From a virus: 64,000 bases of DNA. Shown here piece after piece: positions 1-9,442 of the stretch; position 1 is the stretch's first letter, and each line of letters opens with the position of its first letter. The stretch spans positions 1 to 64,000 of the IMG/VR virus record IMGVR_UViG_3300031578_000005; one strand, given 5' to 3'. The notes beneath the pieces are model-generated. The model ran no database searches. It saw only the letters and a list, made by a program, of their open reading frames with translations, and had not been told where the DNA came from. The position numbers and the translations under genes were made by a program.

Positions 1-2
1 TG

Positions 3-137
3 AGGTTTAAAAATTATGCCGAGAACTCGATTAAAACGTATATTTATCATGCCCAACAATTTTTAAATGGTTTTGATAATGATATTTATCACATATCTCA
101 AAATAAAGCAAAAAGAATTTTAGAGTGGATTTTTTAA
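3..137 (+). pseudogene. Truncated N-terminal fragment of a tyrosine recombinase (integron/phage integrase SAM-like domain); start lies outside the window
   Basis: Frame 3 reads RFKNYAENSIKTYIYHAQQFLNGF...*, resembling the LR.+NYS..TIK.Y....+.FL N-terminus of integron-type integrases; stop at 135-137, no catalytic domain. Confidence 0.55.
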
Positions 138-164
138 TTCTGAATATTTATATATAAAGAAAAT

Positions 165-674
165 ATGAGTGAAGATATACGAAAAATGATTGATAAGGTT
201 AAGAATTTTAAGGAATTTGTAAATGAAAATGTTGTAGTGAAAGATGTTTTATATACCGATATTCAAAATTTTATAAAGTCAAATAATTTACAATATTTGA
301 TAAAGTCATGTGATTTGAGTAAAGGGAATTGTGATACAGTAACAAAAAAATTGTATAATTATTTATTGAACGTTGGGTATAATGATGATGATTTACAAGA
401 AATTGAATTATTAAACCCTAAATTTGAAACTGATGAAGCACATCCAGAGTGGCAAAAATATGATAAGAAATATTTGGTTCATGTTATATTGAATGTTGGT
501 AATTTTTTCGTTGATTTAACTGGTTCTCAATACTCGAAATCTCAATCTGGTATAAAAATATATACACTAAGTGAACTTGGTGATTTATGGGGTAATTATA
601 AGATTATGAAAAAAGATAGTGAAGGTAAATATATTGGTGGTGATTATTCGAGAGCCAAAGTTAGAAAATTTTAA
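165..674 (+). CDS. Hypothetical late protein with MSEDIRKMIDKVKNFKEFVNE leader (putative internal head protein)
   Basis: ORF; TATTTATA motif upstream; N-terminus nearly identical to that of 61293..61685. Confidence 0.7.
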   Translation: MSEDIRKMIDKVKNFKEFVNENVVVKDVLYTDIQNFIKSNNLQYLIKSCDLSKGNCDTVTKKLYNYLLNVGYNDDDLQEIELLNPKFETDEAHPEWQKYDKKYLVHVILNVGNFFVDLTGSQYSKSQSGIKIYTLSELGDLWGNYKIMKKDSEGKYIGGDYSRAKVRKF

Positions 675-744
675 TATGTGTTGGAAAAATTCTTTTTGTT
701 TTTCATCACGAAAGATAAATTGAAACACTAAACTAAGACATGGA

Positions 745-821
745 GCATAACTACCAAATATAAACACCTGTCGTAACAAGCTATAAATCAATGATTATAA
801 AACAATCTTTGGCGGACTTAC
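745..821. repeat. Array-terminal (attI-like) site, copy 1
   Basis: gcataac followed by 70 bp differing at about 7 positions from 32471-32540. Confidence 0.65.
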
Positions 822-945
822 AAGTGTCTGTGAAAAATAAAGTAATATAAGAAATACAGATCAAACGATTATTTATTTGAATGACAAAATAAGAAACAGT
901 ATTTTGCCACATTATTAATAATTGTGGTTAAAAATAGTTTAAATT

Positions 946-1497
946 TTAATCACCTTTTGTTTCCGACAATAAATTGATTATATCTTCCTTTACCGGAACT
1001 CCGTTTATCTTTTTCCAATAACTTTTAAATCCACCAATAGTCTTTTTTGTTTCATCAGTAACATTATTAGCATTTTCGACTTCATAATATCTATTTTTTT
1101 GACCACTCATATTATACTCAATAATATCACCTCTATTAATTTCAAGTTGTTTTTCTTCAAGCTCTTTTAAATAAACACCAAAGCTAATATTACCAGTATC
1201 ATCACGAACAATTCCTCCGGGATTATTACCATAATATTCCTGCTTACCTTCTTCAACAACAACCATTACATTTATACGCACAGGTGCCATAAATGATTTA
1301 TCTTTGGGTTTACTTTGTCCATATAATGTATGTGACTTTGTTTCTAATAAATTAATCCTATATATAATAACAAATTGTGGATTATCTGTTTGTAAATAAT
1401 TTCGTCCATACATAACATCCAAATCAAAAGAATCTTCGGTCATAAATAAACCCATTCTTTCATTTTCTAAGTCAATTATTTGTTTTTGCTTTTTCAT
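946..1497 (-). CDS. Putative neck/head-closure protein (T4 gp14-like)
   Basis: Size, late-gene context near the gp13-like gene, GDIIEY...RYYEV beta-barrel motif. Confidence 0.55.
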   Translation of the reverse strand: MKKQKQIIDLENERMGLFMTEDSFDLDVMYGRNYLQTDNPQFVIIYRINLLETKSHTLYGQSKPKDKSFMAPVRINVMVVVEEGKQEYYGNNPGGIVRDDTGNISFGVYLKELEEKQLEINRGDIIEYNMSGQKNRYYEVENANNVTDETKKTIGGFKSYWKKINGVPVKEDIINLLSETKGD

Positions 1498-2033
1498 AAT
1501 TCACAGTTATTTGTGGTATAATTTTTAATTGCAGTTAAATCCCAAATACAGCCACTATCAATATCCCAACCGTTCATCCATTTATAATAATTTACACTCT
1601 TATAATTAGGAATTTCAATTCCTTTGTAGTGTTCAACAACATTTTTCCAATTAACAAAAAATTCACCATTACCATATTTTTCACTAAAATCAACTACCTT
1701 ATCACGGGTATCTAATATTAAAATATCAGTAAAATCAATATTAAGTGTGATATTATATTTTTTAATTTGAAAAACATCATGTTTTTTATAGTTTCGATAT
1801 TCAGCTTCCCTATTATTAATATTACATAATCTGTTCCATTTACCATTAATTTGATACCATAAGCCATTTGGTTTACTCCAATTATTTGATTGTTCATATG
1901 TTCTATTTAAATCTATCGTATTATTATCCGTATTAACACTCCTTGTTCCAATAACATTAACACTTCTGGGAACAAAGTCCTCATTTAATATTTTCATTAA
2001 TTCAAAAAGTCTTTCTTTATTATCCTTTTTCAT
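1494..2033 (-). CDS. Hypothetical protein with MKKDNKERLFELMKILNE leader
   Basis: ORF with KPNGLWY and GWDIDSGCIW motifs; late motif upstream. Confidence 0.7.
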   Translation of the reverse strand: MKKDNKERLFELMKILNEDFVPRSVNVIGTRSVNTDNNTIDLNRTYEQSNNWSKPNGLWYQINGKWNRLCNINNREAEYRNYKKHDVFQIKKYNITLNIDFTDILILDTRDKVVDFSEKYGNGEFFVNWKNVVEHYKGIEIPNYKSVNYYKWMNGWDIDSGCIWDLTAIKNYTTNNCEL

Positions 2034-2143
2034 ATTAAATTGTTATGAATATAAATACCATGATTTTTTAATTAATTTTGGAAATATTCGTGGTTGAAAT
2101 GTCTTTTAGTCATGATGCGAGTATTTATATTAAATTGTATATT

Positions 2144-3292
2144 ATGAATAATAATGAACTTAAAAATTATCTAAATTTAGATAATAAATCAGGATATAAA
2201 ACACGTGAAAAACATATTAAAAATAATTTCCCCGATACATATAATGAAATTATTAATTTAAATCAAAATAATGACTGGTTTACAAACTTATATAATTATG
2301 TTAATGACATTAATGAAAATAAGTTGTGTTCCCAATGTGGAAAAGTATTATCTGTTAGAATATTTAATTTAGGTTATCCACAATATTGTTCAACTTACTG
2401 TAAAAACACAAATATTAAATTTAAGGAAAAAATAAAAAAATCTTGTCAATTAAAATATGGCGTTGATAATCCATCTAAATCGGAATTTGTTAAGGATAAA
2501 ATTAAAAATAAGTTATATAAAGACGGAAAATGGTATAATGAAACTGATGAATTTAAAAAGAAATCAAAACAAACGTGTTTAAAAAAATATGGTGTAGAAC
2601 ATTTCTCAAAGACCAAAGAATATCATGAAAAAGTGAAAGAAACTAGTTTAAATAGATATGGTGTCGATTCATATAGTATGACTGAGGAATATAGAAATGA
2701 TATAAAACAACGAAACATGGAAAAATATGGTGTTGAATATTATTTCCAGACCAAAGAATGTACCGATAAAACAAAAAAGACGAATATTGAAAAATATGGT
2801 GTGGATAGTTACACCAAAACTGATGGATATAAAGCTAAAATGAAGAAATATTATATAGATAAATATGGTGTTGAATATCCCATGCAAATTGACGAATTTA
2901 AAAATAAGATGGTGGATACAATGATTCAAAAATACGGTGAACTCTGGGTAAAAAACGCACCTAAATATAATCCAAATTCAATCATATATTTAGATATGAT
3001 TTCCAACAAATTGGGGTTACATATTCAACATGCATTAAATGGTGGTGAGAAAAAATTTGTTAGGTATTGGGTTGATGGGTATATTGGAGAACATAACATA
3101 TGTATTGAATGGGATGAAAAACACCATAATGGATTAAGACAAAAAGAACGAGATAAGACTAAAGAAATATTCATTAAAGAAAATTATCATTGTAAGTTTA
3201 TTCGTATTAACGAAAAAGAATTTTTTAAAAACATTGAGACCAACATATATAATATATGTGGTCTCATTAATAATTTGATTGGTATTAAATAG
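2144..3292 (+). CDS. Putative homing endonuclease with KYGV repeats and C-terminal PD-(D/E)XK-like domain
   Basis: CxxC/YCS zinc motif, repeated KYGV(D/E) units, VDGY...IEWDEKHH; ATG at 2144 follows GTATTTATA; antisense insertion among late genes. Confidence 0.75.
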   Translation: MNNNELKNYLNLDNKSGYKTREKHIKNNFPDTYNEIINLNQNNDWFTNLYNYVNDINENKLCSQCGKVLSVRIFNLGYPQYCSTYCKNTNIKFKEKIKKSCQLKYGVDNPSKSEFVKDKIKNKLYKDGKWYNETDEFKKKSKQTCLKKYGVEHFSKTKEYHEKVKETSLNRYGVDSYSMTEEYRNDIKQRNMEKYGVEYYFQTKECTDKTKKTNIEKYGVDSYTKTDGYKAKMKKYYIDKYGVEYPMQIDEFKNKMVDTMIQKYGELWVKNAPKYNPNSIIYLDMISNKLGLHIQHALNGGEKKFVRYWVDGYIGEHNICIEWDEKHHNGLRQKERDKTKEIFIKENYHCKFIRINEKEFFKNIETNIYNICGLINNLIGIK

Positions 3293-4403
3293 CGATGATA
3301 GGAAATTTGGGTGGCATAAACCCTCTTTCACGATTTACATTTTCAGCAATTTTTGCTCTTTTTTCAGTTAAATTAACTTGACTTATTTCTTCTAATTGCT
3401 CAAGTATTATTTTTTCAGTATCTTCTTTTAATTTTTGGCCCTCATCAAGTAAGTGCCGATACTCAAGAGTTAATTGTTTTTCTGTTACGCCTAATTCGCC
3501 ACTATAGAACCCTCTAACTCCGCCTAAAACTATTTTTACTTTAGCGATTAATAAATTACGAATTTGTTGATGTGCGACATCATTCATATTACTCCATTGC
3601 AATACTTTTATTGGTGGGTCTGATGGTAATCTAACCACATCATCATTTTCTTCTAAACATTTGTCCCTACCAGTACTATTTGTGTCATAATACCAATAAT
3701 ATACTCGTCTACCTGCATAATGTTTCCCCCATGTAGAAGCAATTTCATATCTATCATTAGGAATTGGATATAAATGCAGCATTTTTTCACCCGTTGCTAA
3801 ACCAGTAATACGATATGTTAATATTGACTGTAACACTCGTTGTTTCATTCTTCTATCCTGTGCTGAAAGTAACGTCGAATATGTCGGCTGCACATATAAT
3901 GCAGGACGACCAAGATACGACATCCCCATCATGCCTGCACTCCAAGCATTTAATGCAAAAGGATCAACCAAACCACCATCAATTTCAGGGGGAGTTTCCC
4001 ATAGAACTTCATTAACTTCACGTCCAGCTGGAATAATATAATGCTGAGTGTTTTCAGCTGTTGTTATAAAATCTCTTTTTAATTCCCAGCCAGTTGCTGC
4101 TGGAGCATTAGTCCCCATACCCACCTGTTTAGAATATGCATAAGTATAAGATTCCATATAAGTATTTGATTTTGTTGTAAATGCACTAACAAAATCACTA
4201 TTTTCTTTACTTAAACCCTCTAAACCTATCCATTGTTGTTGGATCAACCAACTATTGAGTAATGATGAATAATCTTCAATAACCATTTCTAAATATGAAT
4301 CAATCATTTCATCTTTTATTTCAAATGGACGTAGTGGATAACCTAATTCATGTTTGACTTGAAGATATAATTTATTTTTATCTGCTGTTGTTATTAATGC
4401 CAT
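3285..4403 (-). CDS. Putative neck/head-completion protein (T4 gp13-like)
   Basis: N-terminal LG.P..P.E+.D motif, C-terminal LG..RG...G....L.L...L+.EG pattern. Confidence 0.65.
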   Translation of the reverse strand: MALITTADKNKLYLQVKHELGYPLRPFEIKDEMIDSYLEMVIEDYSSLLNSWLIQQQWIGLEGLSKENSDFVSAFTTKSNTYMESYTYAYSKQVGMGTNAPAATGWELKRDFITTAENTQHYIIPAGREVNEVLWETPPEIDGGLVDPFALNAWSAGMMGMSYLGRPALYVQPTYSTLLSAQDRRMKQRVLQSILTYRITGLATGEKMLHLYPIPNDRYEIASTWGKHYAGRRVYYWYYDTNSTGRDKCLEENDDVVRLPSDPPIKVLQWSNMNDVAHQQIRNLLIAKVKIVLGGVRGFYSGELGVTEKQLTLEYRHLLDEGQKLKEDTEKIILEQLEEISQVNLTEKRAKIAENVNRERGFMPPKFPIIAI

Positions 4404-4533
4404 AAAATTAGTATTTAAATAACTATAATATTACTGTTGAATATAAATACTTAAAAGTTTTTTTAAAATAATAGTGTTAAATCAAAATGATTGTTATATA
4501 TTTGTAATTGATATTAATTAATTTAAAATTATT

Positions 4534-5037
4534 GTGTATAAAATCAAATATGGTATTAATTTAAACGATCATGGACGACCAGTAATTAATTTGCCCGAAG
4601 ATTATATTCACAGGGCAGAAGATAAATTCTTATCGATTGAATTAACAAGATATATACTTGGTGAAGTATATGTGCGTAAAAGTTCTGAACTTGATAATGA
4701 AACAAGTACTGCTCTAGAGACAACAATTAAATTTCTAGGACAAATCGGCGATAATATTGCTGAAATATTATATGAACAGATGAAATTCATGGGAGATATG
4801 GCAATGAATATTGATTGTGAATATCATATACAAGTTATATCTATCGAGGAAAGGAATAATTTACCTGAAAAAAACATTGTTTTTGACGATAAAATTTTTG
4901 ATAGGTTTGAGGGATTGAGAGTTTGCACTAATTTAGATATATCGAGATACCGTACGAGTGATCTTAAGCGAATGCTTGATATTTATGAACTTAAAGGTGG
5001 CATAACTAACGAACATTGGGTTAAATTAAATGGATAA
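4534..5037 (+). CDS. Hypothetical protein
   Basis: 167-aa ORF, first of a co-oriented run. Confidence 0.6.
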   Translation: MYKIKYGINLNDHGRPVINLPEDYIHRAEDKFLSIELTRYILGEVYVRKSSELDNETSTALETTIKFLGQIGDNIAEILYEQMKFMGDMAMNIDCEYHIQVISIEERNNLPEKNIVFDDKIFDRFEGLRVCTNLDISRYRTSDLKRMLDIYELKGGITNEHWVKLNG

Positions 5038-5251
5038 CGTCAAATGTATTGGTTGTGGTAAATGTTGTAACAAACATTGGCTTCTCAGATTAACTTCTGA
5101 GTATGAAAAATCATTATTTACTAATCAATTAGTTTATAATGACTTTATCTGGACTGATGAATGTCAATATAATGTCAATAATAAATGCAGTATTCATGAA
5201 AACAAACCCAGTAGATGTAAAGAGTATTATTGTGAAGAACATTTTAATTAA
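5030..5251 (+). CDS. YkgJ-like CxxCxxCC Fe-S/zinc-binding protein
   Basis: CIGCGKCC ... C ... CSIHENKPSRCKEYYC. Confidence 0.75.
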   Translation: MDNVKCIGCGKCCNKHWLLRLTSEYEKSLFTNQLVYNDFIWTDECQYNVNNKCSIHENKPSRCKEYYCEEHFN

Positions 5252-5265
5252 AACAGGAATAATTA

Positions 5266-6753
5266 ATGAATCATAAATTAACTGCTGAACAAAAAAAGAT
5301 ATTTTTATTCACTGAAAAAAGACCTGAAAACATTTTAATTAAAGCATTTGCGGGTGCTGGAAAAACATTTACAATTGTCGAAGCAGTAAAATTATTACCC
5401 AAAGATAAATCAATAATGTTTTTAGCTTTTAATAAACACATTCAGGAAGAATTAAAAACAAAACTACCTGAATATGTTAGATGCTATACCACCTATGGAT
5501 TAGGCATGTCTGCAATTAAAAGAAAATACGGTGATAATATCAAATTTGATGAATTTAAAGCAGATAAGATAATTCAAAAAAAGGCCAAGGCTTGGAGTCT
5601 TGATGAAGAATTTAAAAGTAATGAAGAAATATCTATCTATCTCAATAACATCAAGAAGCTCGTAAATTTATGTAGATTGACTTTGACAATGAAAGCCGAA
5701 TATATTTCATATGTTTCTGAAAGATATGACATACAATTAAGTAAGCCAAAAGACATTAAACGTGTACTTAAGGTCTTGGATTTTATGAGTACGAACAGAG
5801 AAACGTTTGATTATACGGACATGATTTATCTCCCAGCAATAGATAATAGCATATGGTTTTTTCCTCAAGACTATGTATTTGTTGATGAAATTCAGGATTT
5901 AAATCGCTGTCAAATTAAAATAATTGAGAAAGTCCTCAAAAGAAACAGAACAACAAAAAAACTTGTGGGAAGATTAATTTCGGTTGGAGATTTTTTTCAG
6001 GGCATTTATGGTTTTAATGCTGCTGATGAGAAATCATTTGAATGGTTCGAAAAGTTTCCAAACACAAAAATATTACCACTTTCAACATCATTTAGATGTT
6101 CAAAGAATGTAATTAAAAAAGCACAAGAAATTGTTCCAGACATTAAAGCACTTGATGATGCACCCGATGGTAATGTTAGAGATGGTGATGTTTTAACCGA
6201 AGCACAGAGTGGTGATTTTGTAATATGTAGAACAACAATGCCATTGGTTAAACTATTCTTCGAATTTTTAGTTCAACATAAAAAAGCTGTTATTAAAGGT
6301 AGTGATATTGGTATTCATTTAATTGAATTGATTGGAAACATTAATAGTATTGAAAAACTTATTAACTTTTGGGAAGATGAGTTGCTAAAATTTAAAAAAG
6401 ATTTAAAATCTGATGGAGTTTTAAATCCTAATGAACATAGTGGCTATGTCGCACTTGAGGATAAAGTAACAACACTTTTGTTTTTAGCTAGGTTATCTGA
6501 TAGTATTTTGGATTTAAAATATAAAATTAAAACAATATTTACTGATGAAATTCAAGGAATTGTTTTAAGTACAGTACATAAGGTCAAGGGCTTAGAATCT
6601 GATAGGGTTTTTATAATCAGACCGGATTTATTACCAATGAAAAATACCAAATCATGGCAATATATTCAAGAAAAAAATTTGGAATATGTAGCATATACAA
6701 GGGCTAGATTAGAATTAATTTTTGATAGAGAATGGACTGATGAAGATAAATAA
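5266..6753 (+). CDS. UvrD/Rep-family SF1 helicase
   Basis: AFAGAGKT (Walker A), VDEIQD, VGDFFQGIYGF, SFRC, STVHKVKGLE, YVAYTRA. Confidence 0.92.
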   Translation: MNHKLTAEQKKIFLFTEKRPENILIKAFAGAGKTFTIVEAVKLLPKDKSIMFLAFNKHIQEELKTKLPEYVRCYTTYGLGMSAIKRKYGDNIKFDEFKADKIIQKKAKAWSLDEEFKSNEEISIYLNNIKKLVNLCRLTLTMKAEYISYVSERYDIQLSKPKDIKRVLKVLDFMSTNRETFDYTDMIYLPAIDNSIWFFPQDYVFVDEIQDLNRCQIKIIEKVLKRNRTTKKLVGRLISVGDFFQGIYGFNAADEKSFEWFEKFPNTKILPLSTSFRCSKNVIKKAQEIVPDIKALDDAPDGNVRDGDVLTEAQSGDFVICRTTMPLVKLFFEFLVQHKKAVIKGSDIGIHLIELIGNINSIEKLINFWEDELLKFKKDLKSDGVLNPNEHSGYVALEDKVTTLLFLARLSDSILDLKYKIKTIFTDEIQGIVLSTVHKVKGLESDRVFIIRPDLLPMKNTKSWQYIQEKNLEYVAYTRARLELIFDREWTDEDK

Positions 6754-6776
6754 TCAATACATGCAAAACTTTTAAT

Positions 6777-6959
6777 ATGGAAATAACAAAAGAAATGATT
6801 GAAAAAGAACTTGGATATGAAATTAATAGTTTCAAATTAGAACCATTTTATATGAATGGTGAATGTGTTGGATTAAGCGTTGGTGTTGAACCAAAAAGAC
6901 GTGTTGAATTTATCGCCATGACAATAACTATTGAGAAATCAAGTGATTATGAAAAATAA
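6777..6959 (+). CDS. Hypothetical protein
   Basis: Short co-oriented ORF. Confidence 0.5.
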   Translation: MEITKEMIEKELGYEINSFKLEPFYMNGECVGLSVGVEPKRRVEFIAMTITIEKSSDYEK

Positions 6960-7199
6960 TATCGAATTAATTGATAGTGAATTGGGTGAAACAATGACTC
7001 AATATATTGTTATGATTGAACATACAAGAACATTGTTTGAAAATTTCCTGATCATATTGGGGATTCCAAAAGAACTATGTGAAATTAAAGGTGCTAAATA
7101 ATATAACTATGGTAAATATGAATAGTATCATTATGCTAATAAGAGATATTGATAAGTATGTAACAATAGAAATAATTGACATTAATAATAATTTATAAT

Positions 7200-7535
7200 A
7201 TGAAAAATACTGGAACAAGTACCACAAATAATATAAGCACAGTACAACTAACTACAATTGATAGTAATATAAATTTTGGAACATCGGCCACAACAGGCTA
7301 TGATGAATGGAGCAATTTCCCGACATTAATAAAAGCTGTTGAAGTTGGTGAAACTATTGAGTTTATATACAAACAAACATCAAATATTTCTTATCTTGGT
7401 ATCTATCCACAAGGATCACCACGAGAACGAGTGTTTAAAATTGTTTTTAGCTGTAAGAACGGTAAGTGGAATAAATCCGAACCGATTTTTGGTGTAATTA
7501 TCCCACCAAGTGATGAAGAATATGAATTTGATTAA
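7200..7535 (+). CDS. Hypothetical protein
   Basis: ORF, ATG at 7200 preferred. Confidence 0.55.
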   Translation: MKNTGTSTTNNISTVQLTTIDSNINFGTSATTGYDEWSNFPTLIKAVEVGETIEFIYKQTSNISYLGIYPQGSPRERVFKIVFSCKNGKWNKSEPIFGVIIPPSDEEYEFD

Positions 7536-7562
7536 AATAATAACACTAAAGCTATAAAAGAT

Positions 7563-7877
7563 ATGAAAACTTTAATAAAAAAATATGTAGATGCTGGTGT
7601 TTTTCGAAACAAAATTATAGTATCATCATTACCATCAGTTTGTAACTGGTCATTATCAAGAAAATGCTTGGTTGGTGAAAATGGTATTGAACCATTGGAA
7701 ATACTGGATGATGGTGATGGAAACAAACGTTTATCATTTGAAAATAACAGAATGATTTCGATGCAAAATAGAACTGAAATTAATGTTGATGAGATTAATA
7801 ATTCAGCAGGAATAATTATTTCAAATGCAACTTATGGGAGGCCATATTTTAGATTTGGATTTATACCAACAGAATAA
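7563..7877 (+). CDS. Hypothetical protein
   Basis: ORF. Confidence 0.55.
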   Translation: MKTLIKKYVDAGVFRNKIIVSSLPSVCNWSLSRKCLVGENGIEPLEILDDGDGNKRLSFENNRMISMQNRTEINVDEINNSAGIIISNATYGRPYFRFGFIPTE

Positions 7878-7916
7878 TGTTAAATCGGAGTGCTTTGGTA
7901 GTATTGCATATATTGC

Positions 7917-8144
7917 TTGTTAGTAAATCGTAAAATCATGGGACAAATCATTAAAGAACAAACTTTTGAACGAGATGAAGATAATGGCGGTGGTGAAATA
8001 ATACAAAAATGTGAATATAATAGTATAAGTGAATGGATAACAGTTGAAACTGACGAACAGAGATTATCACTGCCAACATTTGAATGGAGTATGTTAGTGG
8101 ATTTGATAAACAAAAGTTTGGCTATGAAAGGGCACTCACTTTAA
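7917..8144 (+). CDS. Hypothetical protein in a putative gene cassette
   Basis: Lies between an attC-like half site (atattgcttGTTAGTA, about 7910-7925) and the attC-like site at 8149; true start may be ATG 7938. Confidence 0.5.
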   Translation: MLVNRKIMGQIIKEQTFERDEDNGGGEIIQKCEYNSISEWITVETDEQRLSLPTFEWSMLVDLINKSLAMKGHSL

Positions 8145-8148
8145 TTGT

Positions 8149-8226
8149 TTCTAGCAAGTTGCACCATGAGTAGGTTTGTAATAATTTGAAATGTAATACT
8201 ATACAAACCTGTTCATGGTGTTAGCA
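8149..8226. repeat. attC-like recombination site (one core degenerate)
   Basis: Inverted repeat caccatgagtaggtttgta / tacaaacctgttcatggtg ending in GTTAGCA. Confidence 0.6.
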
Positions 8227-8273
8227 GTAGTTATTAATTTAAAATCAAGTATTTATGAAAAATAATAAAAATT

Positions 8274-8687
8274 ATGGAAAAGTTAATAGTAACACAGTTT
8301 CAACCAAAAAGAAACGATCGTTTTTTGGTTGAATTCCCAAAGCAATTCAATATTGAATCATGGACAGTACAAAAGATAAATAAGCCCAAATATACTAATG
8401 GTGGATGGGAAGATATTAAAATTGTGTTCATTGACCCGATCGGACCATCTACATCTCAAAGTTTATTTGGTATTGTAAATTTTTTGAAAACAAATGATAA
8501 CAACGATAAAAAACTATTTGATGTTAAGATAAAATCATTAGACCCGACTGGCGTTGAAGTTGAAGAATGGGTTGTTGGTGTTGAAAAAGTATTAACAATT
8601 AACTTTGGTGAACTTGATTATGGTGATGATAATATACAACAACCATATTTAATTTTAAAACCGTTAAATTGTGTGTTAAAATATTAA
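8274..8687 (+). CDS. Tail tube protein-like paralog (gp19-like)
   Basis: PKR.+RF++.FP, W..I.+.F.DPIGPS.SQ, LDPTG..+E.W, FG.LDY motifs recalled from jumbo-phage tube proteins. Confidence 0.65.
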   Translation: MEKLIVTQFQPKRNDRFLVEFPKQFNIESWTVQKINKPKYTNGGWEDIKIVFIDPIGPSTSQSLFGIVNFLKTNDNNDKKLFDVKIKSLDPTGVEVEEWVVGVEKVLTINFGELDYGDDNIQQPYLILKPLNCVLKY

Positions 8688-8836
8688 GCGTGTTGGGAAA
8701 ATTCTTTTTGTCATTTATGTAATGGTGAACCGATTAATTAATTGTTATAAAAAGTTAAAACCGCAAAAATATGAAAAAATAATAGATAATACCACTATTA
8801 ATGCAATAAAAACAAAAACATATAATAACAAGAAGA

Positions 8837-9115
8837 ATGAGTTTATCAATTAACAAAATGCTATTCGTTTCACAGTGCATTACTGATTCATTATTTGCCG
8901 GAATAGATTTAGCTATCATAGATGCTGAATATATTGTTGGATATGATACTTACGATGCTGACCAATGTTGCTATGCACTTGTAAGAAAAGTGAATGGCGT
9001 TACTGAAATATTGCTAAATAAAACCAATAAGATCAGAAATAAGGAGGATAAAAACAGATTTGAAGCCGATGTAAATAAACTTGCTGAATACTTCAATTGT
9101 ACCGTAGTGTCTTAA
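8837..9115 (+). CDS. Hypothetical protein
   Basis: ORF. Confidence 0.55.
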   Translation: MSLSINKMLFVSQCITDSLFAGIDLAIIDAEYIVGYDTYDADQCCYALVRKVNGVTEILLNKTNKIRNKEDKNRFEADVNKLAEYFNCTVVS

Positions 9116-9156
9116 TGTGTGTTTAAACAATAAAATATTAACTTAAATAATAACAT

Positions 9157-9435
9157 ATGAGATGGATAATTAAAATAGAAAACAACGCCAATCAGAGAAT
9201 TTTGGTAAGATTTGACCCCAAGGCTGAGCAGGTAGTATTTATTGGTCAATATAAGCCCAATAATGCCATATGGACGGATTTTAGTGAAGAAAGTATAGCA
9301 ATGAACACTAACTTAGAAATCATTCAAAATACATTGACTAGTGTATATGATGTAATGAAAAAACGTTTTGAAGCATATGAAAATATCAATCAGGGATTTA
9401 GTGTGTTAAAAATAATTGAAATACAGGATAGTTAA
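9157..9435 (+). CDS. Hypothetical protein
   Basis: ORF. Confidence 0.6.
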   Translation: MRWIIKIENNANQRILVRFDPKAEQVVFIGQYKPNNAIWTDFSEESIAMNTNLEIIQNTLTSVYDVMKKRFEAYENINQGFSVLKIIEIQDS

Positions 9436-9442
9436 TATCAAA

